64,000 bases of DNA from the human T2T-CHM13v2.0 reference genome, Homo sapiens: assembly GCF_009914755.1 (NCBI RefSeq), contig NC_060930.1, one strand, 5' to 3'. A program made the position numbers and the translations under genes. How positions within the stretch are numbered: position 1 is the stretch's first letter; each line of letters opens with the position of its first letter. This document shows positions 1 to 13,025 of the stretch, piece after piece. The notes below the pieces were generated by a model that did not search any database, was not told where the DNA came from, and worked only from the letters and a program-made list of their open reading frames with translations.

Positions 1-392
1 CTCTCTGTAAGAATAGGTATGATGCTAAGGACACAGTTGGGTGCCTAATACATGTTTTTTGCTTTTGAATGTCTCATTATGTGAGTTAAATAACCTATAT
101 GACCCACTCAGAAATCATTTTGTGTGTGGATTCTTTTCTATATAATAAACCAATCAATTGCTTAGAAAATAAAATATAACGGCCAACATATAAATTTGAC
201 TACAATGTTATGTATGACTTTAAAAAAATTATTGTATAGCATATCCATAAAATCATTTTGGTATAATCATACTGACACCATCGAGGTGGTATTCAGCTTG
301 CTGAAACTTATTCCTGTAAATAAAATCAGATTCGAGAAAAGAGGACTAAAGACATAGAAAGAGAATAGAAACCAGAGAATTTCATTTCCAAG

Positions 393-751
393 GTTGTTCA
401 GGTAGGCTAGTTTATGCTGTGGCAACAAACGTCAGTGTGTCTCTTCCATGCTGCATGTCCAGCGTGGGTTTTGAAAAAGGACATTTTCTTTCTCGCTAAC
501 ACTCAGGGACCCAGGCTGATGGAGGCTCTGCCTTTCTGTTGCTGCATAGCTCCGCTGTTATGGCCACAGAGGAAGAAGATAATAAAGTCAATTTTTATCC
601 ATATGTCTACCTTGCATCTTGAAATTGACAAACATCACCTCTACTTATAGCCCATTGGCCCAAAGTAGTCACATGACCCTGTATAACTGTCAAGGTGCTG
701 GGACTGTGGGGAAGCACCTCACATTCTTCAGGCACTAAATGTATCTGTCAC
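393..751 (-). mobile_element. MaLR solo LTR, MLT1K/MLT1L-like
   Basis: Characteristic blocks: gggacccaggctgatgga, cccattggcc...tagtcacatg, terminal ...caca. Confidence 0.65.
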
Positions 752-1070
752 AGAGAGCTTATCTAGTCCACTGTCTTTCAAAATGTGCACCTTTGAAACA
801 TAGGGCTTTGCAGAGTTGTGTAATGAGTCCTGGAAATAATAAAGTACAGTCAACTAAATAATAAACATGAAAACCACCGGATGGATTTTATCAACTGTTA
901 AGTGCTTTTTTATTAGAAGAGCTATAAATTATTGTGTCGTGGAAAGAAGGAAAAGTTTTGCAGCCAACAGAAGTTGGGAATTCACTCATGTGCTTCATTT
1001 TTTTCTGTTTTCAAAGAATCATTCACTTAAAAAATCTCACCCAGATTAAAGCTGTCTTGACCAGCCACTT

Positions 1071-1115
1071 AACATCCTGCAATGTCTTATAACATCCTGC
1101 AATGTCTTATAACAT
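1071..1115. repeat. Perfect tandem duplication of 20-bp AACATCCTGCAATGTCTTAT
   Basis: Two identical copies plus a 5-nt partial third. Confidence 0.95.
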
Positions 1116-1848
1116 GATATTTCTCCTGCTTGTGTTTTAGCTTCATAAGCAATAAAGCCAGGATGTTAAGCTGGTATTTCTAATTACGTATTACAATTCT
1201 ATACATGCTAGTTTTCAACAACAACAAAATCAAAGGAAAGTTCACATGTGTTGTGAAGCAACCACCATACCCCCTCTTCTAAGACTCTCTTTTTTTATAA
1301 TTCTCTGCAAAATTCCAAGTTACCTGAAAACAAAGCTTAAAAATAAGGCTATTCTGTATCTAGCTGGTACCTGTCTCCACCAGAAGAGAAAAATCCATAA
1401 GTCTTCTTTATCTTATAGTCCATTGGGTCTCTACTGATCGGGATTACTTTTGTGAGAAAACAAAGTAGAATGCTACTCCAAAAAAAAAAAAAAAAGCAAA
1501 AAAGAAGCCAATTGCTGTTAATATGTCTATTATATTGTAGATATAAACACATAGACAATGCATGCTATAATATATCATTCAAATTTATAACACTTGTTCA
1601 ACGTTTACGCTTACATGCCCTTCCTAAAAATATATATTTTATCAGATTTTTTTCCCTTAAAACAGTGAATGACTCCCTCCCACATCTGGTAGGTCTCATT
1701 CTAGGCCAGTTTATGGCACAGTTCCCATAAGGGGACAAGGATCTGGAGAAAGAAACTGAAGAGGAAGAAATGCTGAGGAGCACACAACAGTACTTCTCTT
1801 TTCTCTTTCCTTTGTAATACAGGCTACACAACAAACTAACCACTTTTT

Positions 1849-1991
1849 GAAACATTTTTTATAGATATAGGTTCTTGCTATGTTGCCCAGCCTGAAGTGC
1901 ACAATCACTACACACTACAGCCTGGAACTTCTAGGCTCAAGCTATCCTCCCACTTCAGCCTCCCAGATAGCTGGGACTACAGGCTCACCCC
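1849..1991 (-). mobile_element. Alu monomer (FAM/FRAM-like)
   Basis: Alu-like sequence flanked by an 18-bp TSD, ACAAACTAACCACTTTTT (1831-1848, 1992-2009). Confidence 0.85.
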
Positions 1992-2119
1992 ACAAACTAA
2001 CCACTTTTTCCCTGTGAGTTAAGAGAGAACTAAATGAGTAGATCATGATGACAACAAGGTCAAGGTGCTATCTCTTGCAGCTAATAGTTTTCTCTTTATG
2101 AAGAATGCAATTCTGTTTA

Positions 2120-2352
2120 ATGTTTTGAGGACATGTTCTGGAATCAGAGTCCATGGGTGCAAATCCTGCCTTTGCCACTTACTAGCCATGTGATCCCAAT
2201 TAAGTCACTCAGTCTTTCCAAGATCCAATTCTCTCATTTTTAAAATAGGGATAACAACAACAACAACAAAACCTAACTCATTGGATTACTGTGAGAATTA
2301 AATAAGTTGAGGGATGAAATGGGCTTAGCCAAGTACCTGATACATAGTTATT
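2120..2352 (+). mobile_element. MIR SINE
   Basis: MIR core: aaatcctgcc..ccacttactagccatgtga..aaatagggataa..tgtgagaattaaat. Confidence 0.8.
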
Positions 2353-5300
2353 GCAAATATCAGGTAAGCACTCACAGTACCTAGTTGCAACTTTATATTG
2401 CAAAAGAGGCATTGAAAGGGTAGAAAAACAGTCTTGAATTGCAAATACCACCCCTCCTCTACCTGCCAGCAGCAGTGGTGTGATACAGAGAGTGTCTCTG
2501 GGCTCTGGGGTAGGGAGAGTGCAGCACTTGTGAGGCATTGAACTCAGTGCTGTCCTGTTATAACAGAAAAGAAAACTGGACCAAACTCAGCTGATGCCTG
2601 CCCATGAAGGGAGCATTTAAACCACCCCAGGAGAGGGGAATCACTGATCCCAGTGGTCCGAACTTGAGTTCCCGCAATCCTCACCACTGTGGGGGAAAGG
2701 GCTCTGGGGCCCAAAATAAACTTGAAAGGTAGTCAAGGTCACAAGGACTGCAACATCTAGGCAAATCCTAGTGCTGAACCAGGCCCAGAGCCAGTGGACT
2801 GGGGGGCACACAACTTACTGAGACACTGGCTGGTGTGGGCTAGGGGAGAGCTGGCATCACCCATCCTCTAACCCCAGGCTGCAAAGTTTGCAGCTCCAAA
2901 AGAGACACTTTCCTTCCACTTGAGGAGAGGAGAGGGAAGAGTGGGGAGGACTTTGTCTTGGATACCAGCTCAGCCACAGCAGGATAGGGTACTGGTCAGA
3001 GTCCTGAGACTCCCTTTCCAGGCCCTAGACCCCAGATGGCATTACTAGTCATATCCTGGGCCAGAAGAGAACCTGATGGCTTGAAGGGAGGGACCCAGTC
3101 CTGGCAGCATTAATCGCCTGCTAACCGAAGAGCCCTTGGACCCTGAATGACCATCAGCAATACACGGATGCTATGTGAAGGGCTTCGGATGAGAGTCTGA
3201 GACTTACTAGCTTCAGGTGAGACTCAGCACATTCCCAGCTGTGGCGACTATGGGTCGAGACTCCTTCTGCTTGAGAAAAGCAAAGGGGAAAGTAAAGGGG
3301 ACTTTCTCTTGCACCTTAGGTACCAGCTCAGCCACAGGGAAACAGAGCACCAAGGGGGCCCTTGGGCTTGATTTCAGGACTTGGCTCTTGGACAGCATTT
3401 CTGGACCTGCCCTGCACCAGAGGGGAGCCCACTGCCCTGAAGGGTGAGTCCCAGGATGGGCAGCATTCACAAGTTAACTAAAGAGCTCTTGAGACTTAAG
3501 GGAACATTGGCGGTAGTCTGGAAGTACTCTTTGTGGGCCTGTGGTGGTGGTGGCCATGAAGTGAGGCTCCTCTACCTTTGGAAAAGGGAGGGAAGAGTGG
3601 AAAGAACTCATTTTGTGGTTCAAGTGCAGCTCAGTCACACTACAATAGAACACTACGTAGACATCTAAGGTTTTTTATTGTAGTCCCTGGTTCCCCAACC
3701 TGGCACCTCTGGACACAACCAGGGCCTAGGGGCTCTTGCCACCCTGGAGGGAACTACACAGGCCTGGCTGGTTTTGCCACCTTCTGATTGTAGAGCCCCA
3801 GGGCCTTGTACAAACATAGGCAATAGCTAGGGAGTGGTTATAGCAGGTTTTGGGCAAGACTCTGCTGTGCTGTCTTTAGGTCTGACCCAGTGCAGTCATA
3901 GTGGTGGTGGCCACATGGGTGCTTCTGTCACTCTACCCCTAGCTTCAGATGGCTCAGGATAGAGAGAGAGAGAGATGCTGTATATTTTAGAGAAAGTAAA
4001 GGAAGAGAACAAGAGTCTCTGCTTGGTAATCTAGAGAATTACCCCAGATTTTGTCCAAGACCATCAAGGTGGGACCTCAACAAGGCTGTAAGAACCATAG
4101 AATTACTGGGTTTGAGGTGCCCCCTAAAGCAGATACAGCTTAGATCACAATACCCAAGTCATTTGGAGTATCTGAAAAGCCTTCCCAAGAAGGATGGGTA
4201 CTTTCTTCCCAGACTGTTAGGGCTAAAATAAATACCTAACTCTTCACAGATGAACATCTACAAGCATCAAGACAATCCAGGAAATCATGGCCCCACCAAA
4301 TGAACTAAATAAGGCACCAGGGACCAATCCTGGAAAAACGAAGTTATGGGACCTTTCAGACAGAGAATTCAAAATAGCTCTCTTGTGTAAACTCAAAGAA
4401 ATTCAAGATAACATGGAGAAGGAGTTCAGAATACTAGCAGATAAATTTAACAAAGTGATTGAAATAATTAAAAAGGTGCAAGCAGAAATTCTGGAGCTGA
4501 AAAATGTAATAGGTGTACTGAAGAATGCATGAATCTTTCAACAGCAGAATGGAAAGAATTCTGAAAGATTTGAAAGAATTGAATTCTGTTATTTAAGAAG
4601 AAGAAATTAGTGAACTTGAAGACAGGCTATTTGAAAATACACAGAGGAGGCAAAAGAAAAAGTAATAAAAAAGAATGAAGCATGCCTACAGAGAGTGGCA
4701 TGAAATATTTAAAGGGCTGAAGGAAAAAACCTTTTTACCCTAAAATAGTATATCTGGCAAAAATATCCTCCAAACATGAAGGAGGAATAAAGACTTTCCC
4801 AGACAAACAAAAACTGAGGGATTTCATCAACACCAGACCTGTCCTACAAGAAATGCTAAAAGGAGTAATTCAGTAGAAAGAAATGTATGTTAATGAGCAA
4901 TAAATAATCAGGTACAAAACTCACTGGTAATAGTAAGGACATAGAAAAACAAAATATTATAACACTGTAACTGTGGTGTGTAAACTACTCTTCTCCCAAG
5001 TAGAAAAATTAAAAGCTGGAGATTTCAACACTTCACTTTCAACATGAAACAGATCTTCCAGACAGAAAATCAACAAATATCAGACTTAATCTGCACTATA
5101 GACCAAATGGACCTAATAGATACTTACAGAACATTTCATCCAGTGGCTGCAGAATACATATTATTTTCCTTAATACATGGATCATTCTTAAGGATAGACC
5201 ATTTGTTGGATCACAAAACAAGTCTTAAAACATTTAAAGAATTAAAATAATATCAAGAATCTTCTCTGATCACAATAAATGAAACTAGAAAGTAATAACA

Positions 5301-6478
5301 ATAGGAATTTTGAAAACTATACAAATACATGGAAATTAAATGATATGCTCCTGAGTGGCCAGTGCACCAATGAAAAAATAAAAAGGAAACCAAAAATTTC
5401 TTGAAACAAATGATAATGGAAACAATGGAAACACAACATACCCAAACCTATGGGATACAGAAAAAGCAGTATTAAAAGGGAAGTATATAGCTATAAATGC
5501 CTACATAAAAAAAAGAAAAACTTCAAATAAACAACCTAATGATGCATCTTAAAGAACTACAAGAGCAAGAGCAAACCAAACCCAAAATCAGTAGAAGAAA
5601 AGAAATAATAAAGATCAGAGCAGAAATAAATGAAATTGAAATGAAGAAACAATACAAAAGATCAATGAAACAAAAAGTTGTTGTTTTGAAAAGTTAAATG
5701 AAACTGACAAACTTTTAGCCATACTAAGAAAAAAAGAAGATACAAATAAAAAAATCAGAAATGAAAAAGGAGACATTACAACAGATCCTGCAGAAATTCA
5801 AAGGGTCATTAGTGGCTACTATGAGCAACTATATGCTAATAAATGGGAAAATCTAGAATAAATGAACAAATTTCTAGACACATACAACCTACCAAGACTG
5901 AACCAAGAAGAAATCTAAAACCTGAACAGACCAAACCAAAAACCTGAACATAACAAGAAATGAGATAGAAATTGTTATAAAACGTCTCCCAGTAAAGAAA
6001 AGCCTGAGACCTGCTGATTTCACTTATGAATTCTAGCAAACATTTAAAGAGCTAATACCAACCCTACTCAAACATTTTGAAAAATAGAGGAGGAGGGAAT
6101 CCATCCAAACTCATTATATGAGGCCAGTATTACCCTGATACCAAAAAGAGACATAGACACAACAATAAAAGAAAACTACAGGCCAATATCTCTGCTGAAT
6201 AGTGATGCAAAAATATTCATCAAAATACTAACAAGTCAGATTTAACAATTCAGTTAAAAGATTATTCATCACGAACAAGTGGGATTTATCTTTGGGATGC
6301 AAGGATGGTTCAACGTATGCAAAGCAATCAATGTGATAAATCATATCAACAGAATGAAGGACAAAAACCATATGATCATTTCAACTGATGCTGAAAAAGC
6401 ATTTGATAAAGTTCAACATCCCTTCATGATTAAAAAAAAAAACCCTCAAAAAACTGGATATAGAAAAACCATACCTCA

Positions 6479-6897
<419 letters not shown>

Positions 6898-8801
6898 TCA
6901 CCACTGTTATTCAACATGGAGTACTGGAAGTCCTAGCTAGAGCAATTAGACAGGTGAAAGAAATAAAGGGCATCCAAAATGGAAAGGAAGAAGTCAAATT
7001 ATCCTTTTTTTGCAGATGATACGATCTTATATTTGGAAAAACTTAGACTTCATAAAAAACTATTTGAACTGATAAACAAATTAAATAACGTTTCAAGATA
7101 CAAAACCGACATAAAAAATCAGTAGCATTTCTATATGTCAACAGTGAATAAACTGGAAAAGAAATTTTAAAAGTAATTCCATTTACAATAGCCATACATA
7201 AAATTAAATACCTAGGAATTAACTACAGAAGCAAAAGATCACTATAATGAAAACCATGACATACTGATGAAGGAAATTGAAGTGGACATCAAAAATTGGA
7301 AAGATATTCCTTGTTCAGGGATTGGAAGAATCAATATTGTTAAAATGGCCATACTACCCAAAGCAATCTACAGATTCAATGCAATCCCTATTAAAATACC
7401 AATGACAATCTTCACAGAAATAGAAAAAAAAATCCTAAAATTTATAATATATGGACTTCAAAAGGCCCAGAATAGCCAAAGCTATCCTAAGCAAAAAAAA
7501 AGATCAAAACTAGAGGAACCATATTACCTGACTTCAAATTATACTACAGAGCTATAGTGACCAAAACAGCATGGTACTGGCATAAAAAAGAAACACATAG
7601 ACAGGTGGAACAGAACAGGGAAACCAGAAACAAATCCACACACCTACAGTGAACTCATTTTTGACAAAGGTGCCAGGAACATACATTGGGAAAAAAAAAT
7701 ATCTTCAATAAATGGTGCTGGGAAAACTGGATATCCACACGCAGAAGAATGAAACTAGACTACCATCTCTCACCATATAAAAAATCAAATCAAAATGAAT
7801 TAAAGACTTTAAGACCTCAAACTATGAAACTGCTACAAAGAGACATTGGGGGAAAATCTCCAGAACATTGTTCTGGGCAAAAATTTATTGAGTAATACCC
7901 CACAAGCACAGGCAACCAAAGAAAAAATGGACAAATAGGATTACATCAAGTTAAAAAGATTCTGCACAGCAAAGGAAACAATCAACCAAGTTAAGAGACA
8001 ACCCACAGAAAGAATGGGGAAAAATATTTGCAAACTACCCATCTGGCAAGGGATTAATAATCAGAATATATAAGGAGTTCACCTCCATAGGAGAAAAATC
8101 TAATAATCCTGTCAAAAAATGGGCAAAAGATTTGAATAGACATTTCTCAAAAGAAGACATACAAATGTCAAAACAGGCACATGAATTAGTGCCCAACATC
8201 ACTGATCATCAGAGAAATGCAAATTGAAACTACAATGAGAAATCACCTCACCACAGTTAAAATGGCTTTTATCCAAAAGACAGGCAATGCTGGCGAGGAG
8301 GTGGGGTAAAGGGAAACCCTCATACATGGTTGGTAGGAACGTAAATTAGAACAACCACTATGGAGAACAGTTTGGAGATTCCTCAGAAAACTAAAAATTG
8401 AGCTACCATATGATCCAGCAATTCCACTGCTGAATATACACCCAAAAGAAAGGAAATCAAAATATCAAAGAGATTATCTGCACTCCCATGTTTGTTGCAG
8501 CACTGTTTGCAATAGTCGAAAATGTGGTACATATACACAACAGAATACTATTCAGCCATAAAAACAATGAGACCCTGTCATTTGCAACAACATAGATGAA
8601 ACTGGAGATCATTATGTTAAGTGAAATAAGCCAGGCACAGAAAGATAAACATCACATGTTCTCACTTATTTGTGGGATCTGAAAATCAAAGCAATTGAAC
8701 GCATGGAGATAGAAAGTAGAAGGACGGTTACCAGAGGCCGGGAAGAAGAGTATGGTGGCAGAGGGTGGGGTGGGTAGGAGGTGGGAATGGTTAATAAGTA
8801 A

Positions 8802-8826
8802 ACACACACACACACACACACACACA
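8802..8826. repeat. (CA)n microsatellite in L1 3' UTR
   Basis: Read directly from sequence. Confidence 0.95.
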
Positions 8827-9142
8827 AAATTAGAAAGAATAAATAAGACTTACTATTGGATAGTACAACAGGGTGACTATACTCAATAATAATTTACTCG
8901 TACATTTAAAAATAACTATGAGTATAATTGGATTGTTTGTAACATAAAGGATAAATGCGTAAGGGGGATGGATACCACATTCTCCATAATGTGAGTATTA
9001 TGCATTGCCTGCCTGTATCAAAACATCTCATGTAACCCATAAATATATACACCTACTATGTACCCACAAAAATTAAAAATTAAAAAAAAATGTTAAGCAG
9101 CCATGGGTGATTACTTCTCTTTTTTTTTCCATATTAAAATCT

Positions 9143-9460
9143 TGCTCATGCTATATCCCCAACACTTTGGAAGACTGACGTGGGAGGATCACTTCATATA
9201 GGAGTTTGAGACTCGCCTGGGAAATATGGTGAGAGGCCCTGTCTCTACAAAAAGAATGGGAAAAAAAATAGCCATGCATGTTGGCATGTGCCTATAGTCC
9301 CAGCTACTGGGAGTGGACAGGGGGAGGGTGGGTTACTGAGGCTGGAGGATCACTTAAGTCCAGGAAGTTGAGGCTGCAGTGAGCCCTGATGGCACCACTA
9401 CACTCCAGCCTGGGCAACAGAGCAGAGACCCTGTCTCAATCAATTAATCAGTCAGTCAAT
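9143..9460 (+). mobile_element. AluJ
   Basis: Diverged dimer with J-type 'gaggatcactt'. TSD TAAAATCTT. Confidence 0.88.
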
Positions 9461-10089
9461 AAAATCTTAAAATGACTTCCCTCTAAATGAGTGCAAACTC
9501 TGACTTAATGCTTACACTTATGTTTTGGCAGGGAACTTCCTACTTTAAGTTTTAATGGCCTTCCTCCCTAATTTCTTGCTTTAATTACAAATGTTCAATT
9601 GCACCACCATTTACCTCTGCAGTTCTGTCAGTAAATACATAAATTATTTTGTTTCAGTATGTAAAGTATAAATTAAATTATAATCTATGCCAATTTATTT
9701 CCTTTGTATAAGGAAAAGGAAGGTCAACTTCTACTATCACAAGTGCCAAAATGGCTATCTCCACGACAATGTTCTGCATATAGGTGATCTCACTTTCATA
9801 TTAAAAGATAATCAAAACATTCATCATTCCATTCTCTTCAGCTAACCCCCACTCTGGCAACCCCTCACGTGCTCATCATTAACACTGTCATCCCCCACCT
9901 GTTTGTCCTCTAAACTTTTAATTTGAGACAGTTTTTTCTCTACCTTCTACCCTCCCAGCTCTCACTCATTTATTCCCACTACACTTCCTTTTCAGCCTCA
10001 AGGATGCCTACCCCTCCTACTGCTTCTTCTTATCGTCCTTCTTCTGCCTTCACTTCCTTCCCTTTCCACCTGATACTTTTGCTCAGTCC

Positions 10090-10413
10090 ACAAACAAATG
10101 TAGCTTGGAAGTGCAGGGTTAACATCCCCAGAGGTAATCATTAATAAATGGGAAACAGAAGCCAGTCAATAATTGCTTCTACTTCTTATCTTTAATATGG
10201 ACAATTCTAGGAAGTATTATATATTATTCTCAGGTGATCCCAGTGAAATTGAGCTCTTGATGCTCTAACACCTACCTCAAAAACAGAACCTTAATAATGA
10301 CTTACTCTCTTCCTGATCCCTCACTTATGCTACCTGCAAGAACATCCCAAATAAGCTATCTGCACACAAGTCCTATCTCAGGCTCTGCTTTCAGTAAAAT
10401 CCCAGTTAACACA
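10090..10413 (+). mobile_element. ERVL LTR fragment, LTR16-like
   Basis: ggaagtgcagggttaacatcccc, and 3' end cccaaataagctatctgcacacaagtcctatctcaggctctgcttt...aca. Confidence 0.65.
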
Positions 10414-11354
10414 TGAGAATTTATGCTGAATGTATACTTATATATAATATAAAACCCCAGGCTAGGGAAACAAAATGAAATATGGGACTTCCAAGTATAT
10501 TCCTCTTAACTATTCATTATCCCAAAGGTCAACAGATCTCCTGTGTCTGCATTCTTTTTTAAAGTGCATAAACTTGTCAGCCAACATTCATCCTTACTGA
10601 GCAAGAAAAAGCAGCTAAACACTAGCTCTGAGTGACTGCAAATTTGGCTAAAGTGGATACTGTATGCAAATACAGTGCTTCATTGCGACCCTTAGCTGTT
10701 TGGGAGAAGAAACCTTCCCTCAAAATGCACCTGCCATATTCAGTAGAACCTGCCAAGTTATAGTCTGCAACTTTCAGAGATGTTGTGGACTTCTGAACTG
10801 CTTTCTTCAGCTCCTTCTGACTCCAGATCCCTGAGCCTGTAAGCTAAGCTGTGAGCTACTAACTCAGCTTCAAAATCACTACATTAGTCTGGAAGAGTTA
10901 ATGCACCTCAAAGTACTTAATTTTCTCCTAGGGAGTCATGTGCTTGCTAGTAGGAAATGGATGACTAAGCAATCATTATCAACCTCATGGGATAATTCTA
11001 GCCCAGGGAAGCAAATAAGCCACAGAAGAACAACATGCACCACACAAAGCTTCCTCACTGTGAAATAAGAGAGGCAAGCAGCACTTTATATAATACTGGA
11101 AGATAAATTATGACATAAGTGTTCACTCTGTTATTAGTGTCATATGTTTTCCTGAACATGGTAAGATTTCTTTTCTGGATTTCATGGTAAATACTTGACA
11201 GTTATAAGTCTTTAATAGATTCCACTACAGTTACTTGTCTTGGCATACCGTTATATTTGTGTTTCTATGCATTAGCAAAAATATGGTATCTGCCAAACTA
11301 TAATTGCAAACACTTTGAGTCAAAACAATGCTTCCAGGTTAATTAAAATATAAA

Positions 11355-11475
11355 TCAATACATCAATCAACATACATTTATTGAATATACTCTGTAAAGA
11401 AGGTGCAATCCTGAGCATAATAAAGTGTAGAAATGAATGTAAGACACCATTCCTGTCCTCACAGGTCTCAGAAAA
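11355..11475 (-). mobile_element. L2 3'-end fragment inside/adjacent to the CYP39A1 3' UTR
   Basis: catcaatcaacatacatttattgaat...aagacaccattcctgtcctc resembles the reverse complement of the L2 terminus. Confidence 0.7.
11377..11382 (-). terminator. Candidate polyadenylation signal AATAAA
   Basis: TTTATT on + strand. GT/T-rich sequence follows on the gene strand. Confidence 0.5.
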
Positions 11476-11482
11476 CTACCAT

Positions 11483-11488
11483 TTTATT
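11483..11488 (-). terminator. Candidate polyadenylation signal AATAAA
   Basis: TTTATT on + strand, ~535 nt past the stop codon. Confidence 0.45.
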
Positions 11489-12020
11489 ACTTTTAGCATT
11501 AGATACGTTTACAATAAAGAATTATGTTAATAGAGCCTAGGAGTTCCAATTGCTAGTTGAGAATCACCTCAAGAAAAATAGAAAATTTGTAGAAATAATT
11601 ATTAAATTTTAAAAATCTAAGCCTTTTAGACTTTTCAAAATAAAAATTTAAGTATGCTGTCTTCACAGTGAATTTAATGTGATAAGATTTTCATTCAAAT
11701 GACATTATTTCTATTTAATGTTTTAATACAGTTATGCATGAAATCAAATTCCAACTTCTTAAAAAATGTGGAGTTTTTTTGGATCATTTGATCATTTCCT
11801 ATAAACCATGTATTCCGGTCTCTATATTACTGAGAGTGATGTTAGATTCTTGGTCTACTGTTGAAGATACCAAACACATGCACCATTTGAATGTGTTCTT
11901 GAACTAAGTCCTAAAACAAAGTGAAGCAGTGTGTTTTTGTAGAGCTCAGGTCTAGGTGCTGCCAGGTGGGGTAGTGCCACTCCTCCAGAAGGCCCTGGTC
12001 CTTGTGAGGCCCAACAGATG

Positions 12021-12092
12021 TCATATTCTTTGTTTATATTCAATTCGGCATTGCCCTTCCGGCTGGGGGACACCCACCAAATGGAGATAACT
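12021..12092 (-). CDS. CYP39A1: CYP39A1 last exon, coding part, 72 nt: SYLHLVGVPQPEGQCRIEYKQRI*
   Basis: Acceptor tttctgtttttag|AGT, TGA stop at 12023-12021. Matches the recalled CYP39A1 C-terminus. Confidence 0.97.
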   Translation of the reverse strand, partial: SYLHLVGVPQPEGQCRIEYKQRI

Positions 12093-12548
12093 CTAAAAAC
12101 AGAAATGCAGAAGAAATAGAAATTAAGAGACATAAGTCCACAGTTTCAGACCTAAGGTTTATTCCATTGTAATCTTCTCTAAAAAGTACAAAATTTAGGT
12201 TTTTCAAGTTGGGAAATGTTTGCATCAATGAACTTCACAATATCCAACATCAACTTTAGCCTTCCATTCAGGCAGAAGAAAAAGAATACAATTCCTTATT
12301 CTAATAACAATCTCTTTAGTTGTACACACCTGAAGGCTATAGGCCTGCCACCCTTCGCTTTATCTGGCTAAAGAGGTTACCACAAATAAGGCTCTTTCTA
12401 CAATTCTGGCTCAAAAACTGTGACACTTCATTTAGAATCGCTGAGTGAGATCTCCATACTGCAGGTTACAGGTGTTTAAAGAATGATGTGGAGTTGGTGA
12501 TGTGAGCCACTTATAGCGTATTCATGATCGTGACTTTCCATAAAGATA

Positions 12549-12582
12549 TATTTTTTTTGAGAGGAGTCTCACTCCATCGCCC
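12549..12582 (-). mobile_element. Severely 5'-truncated Alu (last ~24 nt plus A tail)
   Basis: Minus strand reads GGGCGATGGAGTGAGACTCCTCTC(A)8. TSD CCATAAAGATA (12538-12548, 12583-12593). Confidence 0.85.
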
Positions 12583-12892
12583 CCATAAAGATACTTTGTA
12601 GGCTCCAAATATTCTGACTTTTTTCGCCCGAGTTAGAAATAAGATATGAAACTGTGTAGGGTCAAGGGGAGGTCAGCGTATTGTAAATAATACAAAGAGA
12701 TATTTGAGGTTTAGGGGATTAAAAAAGAAAAGGAACATTTTCTGTCAACCATGAGGGCTGAGGGAAGATGAGGAGTGAGGAAAGATGAGGTGGATCCAAT
12801 TTAGAATCAGTCTATTTTCAAGTTTGAATGAAATAGGGCACAAAATGGGCTCTTTAGCAAGGAGATTCTTTGGAGAGTTGAAAGAATAAGTT

Positions 12893-13025
12893 GCAGGGTT
12901 CCACGAACCCACTGAAATTGCATCCACAACTTTGTGTGAATGAAGAAGTATGCACTTTTCTACAAAGGGGATCCATGCATTTTGTGAGATTTCCTAAGGT
13001 TCTATGAACCCCAAAAGTAAAATGA
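12893..13025. mobile_element. hAT-Charlie-type DNA transposon fragment
   Basis: gggttccacgaacccactgaaattg...gggatccatgcatttt...tatgaaccccaaaag resembles Charlie-family MITE ends. Confidence 0.5.

Larger units (their letters stand above)
11200..12020 (-). other. CYP39A1: CYP39A1 3' UTR (distal end uncertain)
   Basis: Follows the stop codon. Minus-strand AATAAA at 11488-11483 and 11382-11377, ATTAAA at 11727-11722, 11719-11714, 11678-11673 and 11216-11211. Confidence 0.7.

Noticed and set aside
8762-8792. G-quadruplex-like tract
   Set aside because: The ordinary G-rich segment of the L1 3' UTR.
11855-12228. Minus-strand ORFs of 92 and 62 aa over the last exon
   Set aside because: Both are the wrong frames. 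The frame that continues exon 11 is SYLHLVG...KQRI*.
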